NCBI GenBank assembly: GCA_043228905.1
Contig: JBHGNT010000007.1
Span: 7,254,001-7,318,000, forward strand
Direction of reading: 5' to 3'
From: Azolla caroliniana
Lineage: Eukaryota; Plantae; Polypodiophyta
DNA length: 64,000 bases
A program made the position numbers and the translations under genes. A model generated the notes under the pieces. It was not told the DNA's origin, made no database searches, and saw only the letters and a list, made by a program, of their open reading frames with translations. The number at the start of each line of letters is the position of its first letter. Within the stretch, counting starts at the first letter, position 1. Positions 12,760 through 23,915 of the stretch are shown here, one piece after another.

Positions 12760-14290
12760 TCGTTTGCAAAGGAGATGACCTATTTGATCCCCACCGGAAC
12801 AACAGAAACACAATAAATTCAAAATTGGATCAAAAGCTTCGTGCTCGATCTTATCCAGATCAACCAAACAAGTTTTATGGCAGATACATCAATTTTTGAT
12901 AATGTATTGACTTTCTGGGAAGCACTCGCAGTTGCACGATCTACTAATCATAACATCGTTTGCTTAATGTTGGAATTCGAAAAGGCGTACAACAAGGTTG
13001 ACTCGCCCTTCTTCGAAAGGTTATGGAAGCCTAGGGATCCCTACACCATGAATAGGTGTTGCAAAACCACTCTATAGAAACAGATCAAATAGCCCCTTGT
13101 TGTATGGAAGAAAAGTTGCAAGGTTTCACCTCACACGATCGATGAGGCATGGCTTTTCCTCTTTATCTTTGAAGCAATATTTGCGTACTTGAATAGGTCA
13201 ACAACACCTCCAAAAGAACTCTTGATCCCCAACTGCAAATAGGATTTGATTGATTGGAGTTTGTAGATGATACCATGCGTTTCTTGCATATCTCCACCTC
13301 TAACCTTAACAAAGCAATGGAAATGGTACAAATCTTCTCTAGGGCATCATGCGCAAAAGTAAACTTGAACAAGGCCAGGGGCTTCAAGGTAAGCCCACAT
13401 GGATGTCTCGTGAGTCCTTGGAATCCCGTTAAAGGCTTCCAATGGATTTCGAAGGGCTCAACGGTGAAGTACCTCAGTCTCTCAATTGAAATCGACCTTG
13501 ATAAAAACGTGTAGCTGGATCACATGAAAGAAAAGGTATAAAAACACCTTAATGCATGGTCTAAATCTAACCCATCTTTGGTTGACCGTATTTTGGTGGT
13601 CAACCAAGTCGTGTGTGAGGAATCGTTCTCGGCCACAACCGAGGTTTAAACTTACTATGGAAGAAATAGAAAACAGAAATGAGACGACACATTGTGTTAA
13701 CGTGGAAAACCCTAATTGGGAAAAACCACGAGAGCCCACAGACTCCAAACTATACCACTAGAAAGAGGGAGGGTATGATAGGAGACCCAGAGGCAATGAC
13801 CTCAAGCTCTACCTTCGCCAACCGGCGGTTACAACAGATACAAGTTATGTATCTCTCTCTGTCTCTCTGTCTCTCTCTCTGTACAATAATAACAACTACA
13901 CCCTCAGTATTGCCGTAGTTATATTTATACTTATATAACTTTGGGGCTATTTACAAATATGACCTCAACAGTCACATCGAAACATATTTACTAATATGCC
14001 TGGCCGGATACCAACCGGATCCATCTGGTACGGTTCCTTCCTTCATCTCGTCCGATCCGGCTCGTCCTGTTCTCATTCAGATCCCATTCGGAGGGACCGG
14101 TTTCCCAACATCATGTTGGCCACCATGTAGCACAACCTTAGCTATTGGATGTGGGACAAAACAAGCCTCATATCAATCAAAGCAGTCATCAGAGGATACT
14201 TATGGGCGAGACAAGTCAAAGATAAAACAATGGAAAAGGTTTCTTGTAATAAACTAGTTCTCTTGAATAAACTTGTCGGGCTAGGTCTAA
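12760..14290 (+). mobile_element. L1-type LINE ORF2 remnant, interrupted by a solo LTR
   Basis: NQTSFMADTSIFDNVLTFWEA...LEFEKAYNKVD, EFVDDT, KYLSL; VVNQV|MLATM is split by the LTR; ends GLGLI. Confidence 0.75.
13614..14110 (-). mobile_element. Solo LTR related to the Copia C family
   Basis: TGTGAG...CCAACA; TSD TCGTG/TCATG; shares GTTAACGTGGAAAACCC..GGGAAAAACCACG and the terminal CGGAGGGACC..TTTCC.AACA with the C LTRs. Confidence 0.85.
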
Positions 14291-14844
14291 TTGTTGAGCG
14301 GGACCACAAGGGCCTTGGACCGAGGAGTCAAAAGGGGTGAGGAAGTTGGAGATTAAGACAAAGACATGGGGATAACATACATAAGTTATGATACAAAAAT
14401 GGTGTTTTTTACAACGAATCAGGTTAATACCACGATTTCGGTGGTTTTTTATTATGTAGAATCGGTTTCACAATTATTGAAAAACAACTATGAATCAACA
14501 CAAAAGGGGCTAAAAATAATCCGGTGAAGGTGAGTCTAGTGGGCTCCGAGGTCGACTACCTCCAACGGCTATGTTGCCTCGATTCGGAGTAGCTCTTGTG
14601 CCACTACAACCTTCCTTCCACAACCGCCACCGAGTTGGCCAATCCCTATCCGGAAACCGCCATCCCACGTAGCACTCTCCATCATGGAGAAGACGACCGA
14701 GCCACCAAGTTGACCACCATCGTCATGCCGAAAAAGTCGTTGTAAAAGAAACCCAAAACCCCAACTCTCGAATAAGATGAAGAATAGAAGCAAAACTCAT
14801 AGTCTAAGACCCTAAAATCCTAAGTCCTCTAGTATGTTGAGGAG

Positions 14845-14901
14845 TGTTAAGAATCGGCGGTGATTCTTGACAGCGGAATAGACTAGAGATATGTGTTGTG
14901 A

Positions 14902-14941
<40 letters not shown>

Positions 14942-15191
14942 GGAGAGGAGAGGAGAAACACTAGATAGATAGATTTTTATCAAGAATAGAATACTCAAGA
15001 CAATGTATATTACAAACAAGATTAACCGAACTTAATACAAAGCAGGAGGAGAGTCCTTTATATAGTCACTCTCTCTCTTCATTAACTATTGAAGCTCATG
15101 GGTCATGGGGAATGTGAAAGCTCATTAGTTATGTGTCATAGAATATGATTCTATGACACGTAGTTAATGTGTGGATAAGAGTGGTGACTTT
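14845..15191 (-). repeat. Copia B 3' LTR, left piece (continues at 28146-28213)
   Basis: Colinear with 37379-37775; interrupted by element C at the ACTTT target. Confidence 0.93.
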
Positions 15192-15832
15192 TGACAAGAA
15201 CTACACGCTCTCGATGAACAACGCTCGGCAACAACCGAGTCTAAAATCAAACACAGAAAACGGATAATGAACGCACGACACAGTGAAGAGAAGAGTACAC
15301 AGGATGTTAACGTGGAAAACCCAAACTAGGGAAAAACCACGGCAGCCCACAGACTGCAAACTATCACTATATCAGAATGTACAATAGTAGAGCACCGAGG
15401 CAACGACCTCGAGCTTGCTATCTTCGCCACAGGCGGCGGTTACAACAGAGGCAACGACCTCTTATTCTCTCTCTCTCTCTCTCTGTACACTGTTACGCGC
15501 TCTAATCTTGCGCCAACAAGAATGACAACAGACATTACTAAAGTTTGCCCTAAGTCATATTTATACTAATATGACTTTTCGGCTATTTACAAATATAGCC
15601 CCGATGGACTCTCAGAAACATATTTCCGAATATGTCCCTTCATCCGGTGAGCACTCCTCACCGGGCCTGCATCATCCGGCGCTTGTCAGGCACACGTCAT
15701 CCGGTTCTCACCAGGTCTTCCGTAGCCAGGTACTCGTCATCCGGTTCCGGCCTCGGCCTGTCAGCCTCGGCCGAGTTTGCCCATCAGTACTGTTCTTCTC
15801 ACTTTCCATCCGGAGGGACCTGTTTCCTAACA
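15192..15832 (-). repeat. Copia C 3' LTR
   Basis: TGACAAG...CTAACA, direct repeat of 27475-28140. Confidence 0.93.
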
Positions 15833-15842
15833 AACTCCCCCT

Positions 15843-17038
15843 TCACTCCGGCATGGGATGTCTTACTAGTCTGATCCGCTTCCGGCATGCATCCAGCTTG
15901 TTGGGTATCAGTACTTTGGTCAGCATATCTAACCCATTCTTGGCTGTGTGGATCTTCGTTAGTGCGAACTCCTGGTCATCTACTCTTTCCCGGATCCAGT
16001 GATACCTTCGCTGGATATGCTTCGTCCGGGAATGGTAGGCCTCATTCTTAGCAAGGTGGATGGCACTTTGACTGTCGCAATAGAGCCGGTATTCATCTTG
16101 CCGAATACCGAGCTCTCCAATGAAGTCCTTCATCCATAGTATTTCCTTGCCGGCTTCCACAACCGCCATGTACTCCGCTTCCGTGGTTGACAGCGCAACC
16201 GTTTTCTGCAGCCTCGACTGCCACGAAACAACTCCCCCTGCATATGTCATTACATACCCGGATGTAGACTAGCTGGTATCCACATCAGCCGACATATCCG
16301 AATCGGTAAAATCGTCAAGTTGAGGTTTACCAGAGCCAAATCGGAGACACATATTTGAAGTGCCCTTCAAGTACCAGAGTATCCATTTGACTGTGTTCTA
16401 GTGCTCCTTATTGGGATTGCTCATAAACCGGCTCACCACTCCGACTGCGTATCCTATATACGGTCGGGTACACACCATTGCGTACATTAAGCTCCCGAGG
16501 GCAGAGGCATATGGAACTTTCATCATATCAACCTTCTCTGCTTTCGTCTTCGGGCTTTGCTTACCGGATAACCTGCAATTTGCCGGAAGTGTCGATCCGA
16601 CCGGTTTCGCATCTGACATGTTGAACCGCTGAAGCACCTTTGTCACGTATTTCTCCTGTGACAGCCACAATTGCTTCGTTGGCCGGTTCTTGATGATATG
16701 CATCCCTAGCATCTGTCTTGCCGGACCCAAGTCTTTCATCGCGAAGGTTCGGTTGAGAGCCTTCTTCAGCATCCGTATTTTGGCTTGGTCCCGTCCGACG
16801 ATCAACATGTCATCCACGTACAGAAGTAGTATCAGGAAGTCGCCTCCTTCGAACTTCTTCACAAACACGCAGTGATCGGCCTGTGTCTTGTGGTACCCTT
16901 GATCGGTCATGAAGGAGTCGAACTTCTGGTACCATTGTCGGGTAGCCTGCTTCAGTCCGTACAGGCTTTTCTTCAACCGGCATACCAGGTGCTCCTTCCC
17001 TTTCTCCACGGATCCTTCCGGTTGCTGCATGTAGATCT
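15843..17038 (-). pseudogene. Copia C RT C-terminal part and RNase H
   Basis: LKKSLYGLKQA, YVDDML, SWQSRLQ, TKHIQRRYH; TAG stop at ~16398. Confidence 0.92.
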
Positions 17039-20000
17039 TGTCGAATACAAATGTATAATGGACGTATTCACACTATCCTCTTAGAGAGCCCAAGTTCGGG
17101 CTATTTCTGTAAATAACATAAAGGGCAGTCGCCCTAAGTGAGTCACTATATAAAGTGACTTTGTAACCTTTTGTAAAGGTTGGTTGTTCATTGTAGTAAC
17201 TGTTGCCCCTTTTTATGAATATAGATATATTCTTTGTGCCTCTCTCTCTCTCTCTCTCTGTGAGTATTTTGTTCTTGCTTTTCTCATATGCAGGTATTTC
17301 TTTCTCATAGATTCATACTGTGTGATCTGTTCCGCACTGACGGCCTTGTTCACCCCCAACATTTGGTATCAGAGCTTGGATGTCCTTCATCCCGCTGCCG
17401 GCCGCCATTCAAATCTTTGGATCACAACGTTATGTTTTTTTCTGTTTTGTATTTGAAGAAACAGAGAAGAGAGAAGAAGGAAAAAACGAGGCTTGCATCT
17501 CATCGCGTTAGATCATCTTCGCTTGGAGTAAGCCAGCCGGCTCTACTCTGTTCCCCGTGATCGTAATCGCTCAAGGTGAAATCCCCTTGTGCAACATTGA
17601 CACGATCGTGCCCCACTCGGTTAAATGGCATCCGAACAGGTCACTGAACGCTACTCGCCGCCTGTTGTAACCCCAATTCGTGCTTCATCCGGCTAATCGA
17701 CGTTCGGGAGGATCAATTGGATCCGTCTCTCTCGTCGCTGCAGTCACCCGAAGCAAAATCGGTCCAGACAATCGGTTTCAATAATCGGTATTTGGCATAT
17801 ATATTCGGAAGCGAACCGGGCTCACTCCGACTCGGCGACATTCGGGAAGACCAGTCGGTTCTGTCCCTCAAGTTACCAGAGTCAATTCGAGCAAGTTCCA
17901 CAATAAATATATCCAAAACCGAACCGACTCGGGTTCAAATCCAACTGGCTGCACTCCAACAAAGTTCGTAGTCAACTTCGAACCGAGCTTCGTCAACCGA
18001 AACCGAATCTGATGGCATCAACATCCGGCTCATCGGAAATGAGTCTAAGGAGGTTCGACGGTTCGAACTTCAATTTTTTGAAGGAGCAAATGCAAGACTA
18101 TCTTATAGTCAAGGGTCAGATCGATCCGATTGAGAATGAAACTGCTTCAGAAATATACAAGGCAAATGAGTGGCAGAAGCTGGACAGAATCATCCACGCC
18201 ACGATTCAGATGCACCTGCCGGAGTCAGTGTACTTCACAGTGCAATCGTGCACGACAGCCTTCGAACTTTGGAAGAAGCTGTCGGAAACCTACGAAAAGA
18301 AGGTCGCCTCAACGAAGATGTATTTGATCCGGCGCCTCTACAACTTGAGGATGAAAGACTCCGATTCGGTTCAGGCACACCTTAACGAGTACGAAAGTTT
18401 GAGCTCCCAAATCTTGTCACAAGGGACGACAATCGAGGATGAACTCAGAGCAATGATACTCATGAGCAGTCTCCCCTCCTCTTGGGAAACCGTCGTTACA
18501 ACTATGTGCAACGCTTCTACGACTGCCATCAAGTACTCCGAAGTCACAAGTGCAATCCTGACTGAAGCAGCTCGGAGAAAGTCTTTCACCAAAGACTCGG
18601 CAGAAGAAGCCTATGTAGTACAAGGTTCGACCGATCGATCGAACAACCGGGGAAGAAGCTCTTCCCGACCGCCGACAAATCAGCGAAGCCGCAGCAAGTC
18701 CCGGGAAACCCGAATCTGCAACTACTGCAAGAAACCGGGACACATCAAGGCCGACTATCAGGTACTCAAGTCAAAGACAGACAAAGCTCAAAGAGTTGAT
18801 CAGAGGAGTAACCGGCATGAGGAAGTCAACTACGTCGGCTCTTCAACCGAGATATTGACGACCGACCCGAACATATTGTCCATAGAGAATCCAGTTGAAT
18901 CAGAAGTTCTGCTTACGACTGAGGAATCGAGCACATGGCTTCTGGACTCGGGCACGTCGTATCACGTGACACCTCACCGATCACAGTTTTGGCAATATTC
19001 GGACCGGCACTCCGACTCAGTTCGAGTCAAAAATTCGCAGCACTGTGCTATCATCGGAATCAGCATCGTAGAGCTCAACCTTCCGGGTGGCTCTACACTC
19101 GTACTACACAACGTCCGACACGTTCCTGAGCTCTCACGACGCTTGATCTCAGTTGGACAACTTGATGAAGCTGGCATCCGTGCTGGTTTCTCATCAGGAG
19201 GTTGGACACTCCATCGAGGGAACCTCCTGCTTGGTAGAGGACCAAAGGTACACTCATTGTACCCTTTGTATGTCACACTCAAAGAGGGTGACTTATTTCT
19301 GGTAGATATCCCTGTGTCATCCTTATGGCATGGACGACTTGGACACCTCAGCAAGGCCGGCATCACGCACCTATCCAGAGCCGGATACATCCCGAAACTC
19401 TCCTTCTCGGACCATCACTTTTGCGAGCATTGCCAGTACGGCAAACAGGTAGCCGCATGACACCGACATCAGCACCAAGAGAGTCGAGCCCGCTCGATTT
19501 GGTCCACTCGGACGTCTGTGGCCCGATGCCACATCAGTCACTCAGTGGTGCCTCGTACTTCGTCAGTTTCATTGACGACTCGACTCGGAAGGTGTGGGCT
19601 TACCCCATCAGAACCAAAGATCGGGTGTTCTCGATCTTCTTAGATTGGCTCGCAATGGTCGAAAACCAGACCGGTCGGAAACTGAAGTGTCTCCGAACCG
19701 ACAATGGAGGTGAGTTCAAATCTGATGAATTTGTCAAATTTTGCCGAGAACGCGGCATTAGACGTGAATATACGGCACCATATAGTCCGGAGCAGAATGG
19801 AATAACAGAAAGCATGAATCGGACGATTCAAGAACGCGTTGTATCCATGCTCCAACACTCCAGACTGTCGGATGGCTTCTGGGCAGAGGCTCTACTCACG
19901 GTAGTACACATAATCAATATGTCGCCAAGTAGACCTCTAGGACTTAAGGTACCTCAAGAAATATGGACCGACAGAAAGCCGAATTATGATAAGCTGAGGA

Positions 20001-22550
20001 TTTTCGGTTGCGAGGCATGCGCCCTCATACCGAAAGACGACCGCCGAAAACTCGAACCGAGATCAAGGAAATGCGTTTTCCTCGGGTATGGATCCGACGG
20101 CGAGATCGGATACCGACTCTGGGACCCCAAGCACAGGTAAATCGTCCGACAGTTCGGACGTCGTGTTCAACGAGTCGACTATGCACAAAACGGCCGAAAG
20201 GCCTATTGAAGTCCGAAGGGTAATATTTTCCGAAGTGCCAACCCTTCATGACGGCCTAGCACACAACATGAGATCGGTTTCACGGGTAACCGACTTCTCT
20301 CGCACCGAATCCACAGATTCGGCACAGCCGAATGGCTCGGCTTCCGACCATCCGACATCGACACCCGGTGCGACCAGTCCAGTCATACCTCGAAGATCCG
20401 AGAGACTGTCGCAACCTCCGGAGAGGTACTCTCCCGGAATTTTCTTCACCGACGCCGGCGAACCGACGTCCTACGAAGAAGCATCGGCAGCTGCCGATTC
20501 AGCCACCTGGCATCTGGCAATGGACTCGGAAATGCACTCCATCTGCGCCAACAAGACTTGGGATCTGGTCGACTTACCGAAGAATCGACGTGCTCTTCCT
20601 TGCAAGTGGGTCTATAGACTAAAGGAGACGTCTGACTCGACCACCCCAAAGTACAAGGCCAGATTAGTTGCGAAGGGATTTCGACAGGAATATGGCATCG
20701 ACTCCGACGAAATCTTTTCACCAGTGGTGAAAATGACAACCCTTCGTTTCATGCTCGGTGTTGTGGCTGCCGACAATTTGGAGCTGATTCAGGTAGATGT
20801 GAAAACGGCATTCCTCCACGGTGATCTAAAGGAGGAAATCTACATGGAGCAGCCGAAAGGCTTTGTGGCCACCGGTCAGGAACATCTAGTCTACCGACTC
20901 AGGAAGAGTCTTTACGGCCTGAAACAGGCACCCCGATAGTGGTACAAGAAGTTCGACGATTTCATCCAGTCGGTCGGCTTCTCCAAGAGCGATGAGGACC
21001 ACTGCCTCTTCACCAAAACAGCTCAAGACGGTTCTCCCGTCTTCCTCATCATCTACGTGGACGACATGCTACTCTCCGGTCGGCATACCGGAGAGCTCAC
21101 CGAACTCGTTCGGAAACTGCGATTGAAGTTTGCCATGAAGGACCTCGGTCCGGCAAGACACATACTCGAACTGAAGATTAGTCGGAATCGCGCCAAAAGA
21201 CAGCTTTTTCTGTCTCAAACCGACTACATCGGACGTGTCTTGGAACGCTTCAACATGCAATCGGCCAAGTCTGCTTCAACCCCGCTCCCCATTCATCTTC
21301 GGCTTTCTCAGCGAGACTGCCCAACATCCGGTTCGGAGGGGGAAGATATGAAGTCGGTACCGTATGCACCGGCAGTAGGCTCTCTGATGTACGCAATGGT
21401 CGTGACACGGCCTAATATTTCTCACGTCGTAGGAGTCATCAGCAGATTTATGCACAATCCTGGCCGATCGCACTCGAATGCAGTCAAGCATGTGTTCAGA
21501 TATTTAGCTGGCACAAAAGACCACGGCATCCTTTTCGGTCCGAACTCAACTTCAGGCGTAGTCGGTTACACCGACTTGGACTTTGCCTGTTGTGTGGACA
21601 ATCGCAAGTCAACAACCAGATATTGCTTTAAATTCGGCAATGGAGCAATCTCGTGGAAGTCGAAACTTCAGGAGTGCACAGCCACCTCAACGACCAAAGC
21701 AGAATATGTAGCTGCCTCCGACACAGCGAAAGAATCTTTATGGCTCGGTCGGCTGGCGCATACGTTTCGGCAAGTCGACTCCGACTCGGCTCCAGTTGTC
21801 TACAACGACAGTCAGAGTGTCGTTGCTTTGTCGAAAAATCTGGTTCATCACAACGCCTCGAAGCATATCGAAGTTCGATATCACTTTGTTCGGGACTGCG
21901 TCATTTCTGGGAAAATCGATCTAGAGAAGATATCCACAACCAATAATGTCGCAGATGGAATGACCAAGTGTCTTTCGGCAGACCGGTTCCGGTCTCTTCG
22001 GCAACAGATGGGCGTAACAAAATATCGGTCTGATTGAAGCTGGACACAGTGCAGAACGGTTTCGGACAACAGACATCGGTTCACTGACAATCGGCTTCAA
22101 CCTTTCCGACCCGACCAGTTCGGTCTTCTGTCTACGGATCATGCCGATTCGAACAAAACCGACCCGTCCAAGAACCTATGCCTATACCTGTATTTTTTAG
22201 ATAACCCATGTATACGCCCATTACGGGGGAGTGTCGAATACAAATGTATAATGGACGTATTCACACTATCCTCTTAGAGAGCCCAAGTTCGGGCTATTTC
22301 TGTAAATAACATAAAGGGCAGTCGCCCTAAGTGAGTCACTATATAAAGTGACTTTGTAACCTTTTGTAAAGGTTGGTTGTTCATTGTAGTAACTGTTGCC
22401 CCTTTTTATGAATATAGATATATTCTTTGTGCCTCTCTCTCTCTCTTTGTGAGTATTTTGTTCTTGCTTTTCTCATACGCAGGTATTTCTTCCTCACAAA
22501 TTCATACTGTGTGATCTCTTCCGCACTGACGGCCTTGTTCACCCCCAACA
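17039..22550 (+). mobile_element. Ty1/Copia element D, full length (5.5 kb), inserted in the RT of C
   Basis: TSD GATCT at 17034-17038 and 22551-22555; LTRs 17039-17361 and 22232-22550; PBS TGGTATCAGAGC 17364-17375; PPT 22222-22231. Confidence 0.96.
18012..22037 (+). pseudogene. Copia D gag-pol polyprotein with two frameshifts and nonsense codons
   Basis: gag, CNYCKKPGH knuckle, WLLDSG protease, WHGRLGH, VHSDVCGP and LRTDNGGEF integrase, KARLVAKGF and YVDD RT, RNase H; breaks near 19455, 20140 and 20937. Confidence 0.93.
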
Positions 22551-22555
22551 GATCT

Positions 22556-23915
22556 CCTCTTCGAGGTCACCGTGAAGGAATGTCGTCTTCACGTCTAGCT
22601 GCTCTACCTCGAGGTCCATGCTTGCCGCTATACTCAACACCGTCCGGATGGAAGTCATCTTTACTACCGGGGCAAATATCTCGTCGAAGTCCACGCCCTT
22701 CTTCTGCTGGAACCCCTTCACCACAATCCTGGCTTTGTATCTCGGGGGTTTTCCGGCATCTCCCGATTTCAGCTTGTACACCCACTTGTTTCAGAGTGCC
22801 CGCTTTCCTTTCGGCAACTCCACTAATTCGTACATATGGTTCTCATGCAGGGAATCCATCTCATCCTGCATGGCACTTTACCATTTGCGGTTGTGGGTGT
22901 CATCGTTCACTTCTTTGAAGCCTTCCAGCTCTCCCTCATCGGTCAGCAGCACATGCTCTGCATTCGGAAATCTCTAGGGGGCCCTTCTCTCTCTGAGAGG
23001 ATATCTCTGTCTTTGGGCTTCAGTAACCGGCTCCTCCATTTGCTCTTCATCTGAATCCGATTTGGGATCTTGGCCAGTTCCGGTTTCAGCTTCCTCTACT
23101 TCTTCTTCTGCCAGTTCGGTATCCTCACCGTAACCGGTTGGTTCGTCGAGTGCTAACCGGTCTCTTGCCGGTTGGGTCTGCTCATCGTAGAATCGATCCT
23201 TACCGGTCGACTCGGAGTTCATTATCTTCTTCACCGACTCCCAGTCGACGAGCGTCTTGTCCTCCATGAAGATAATATCTCGACTCCGGAATACCTTCTT
23301 GTCGACCAGGTCCCACACTCGGTAGCCGAACTCATCGACACCGTAACCAAGGAATATGCATGGCCGGTTCTTCGGATCTAGTTTTTCTCTCCGGTCCTTA
23401 GCTACATGCATATACACAAGACACCCGAATACCTTCAGATGCCGGTAGGACACTTCCTTATCGGTCCAGACTCTCTATGGCGTGTCTCCGTCCAAGGGTA
23501 CTGAGGGTGATTTGTTTATCACCTATGTCGCCGTCGACAGTGCCTCAGCCCAAAACTTCTTGGGTAGTTTTGCATGCACCAGCATACTCCGGACCCTCTC
23601 CATTATGGTCTGGTTCATCCTCTCGGCCAGCTCGTTTAGTTCCAGCGTCTTCAGCACGGTAAATTTGAGCCGGATTCCCTTCGAGCGACAGTACTCCTCA
23701 AACTTCCCCCGGTATTCACCTCCGTTATCTGCTCGAACCGCCTTCAGCTTCCGGCCGGTTTCTCTTTCCACTCTTGCGTGGAGCTCTTTGAAGACGGATA
23801 ACACCTGATCCTTCGTCTTCAACGGTGTGGCCCACAGCTTCTAGCTATGGTCATCTATGAACATCACGAAGTACTGCGATCCGGCATGTGACTTCGTGTC
23901 CACTTGACATACACT
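22556..23915 (-). pseudogene. Copia C integrase and RT N-terminal part
   Basis: VRADNGGEY, CIFLGYG, YKARIVVKGF; joins 17038 in frame once D is removed. Confidence 0.9.

Noticed and set aside
14292-14844. A sixth, outer LTR hosting element B (continuing at 37781-38236)
   Set aside because: TG/CA candidates exist, but no matching TSD, PBS or PPT was found.
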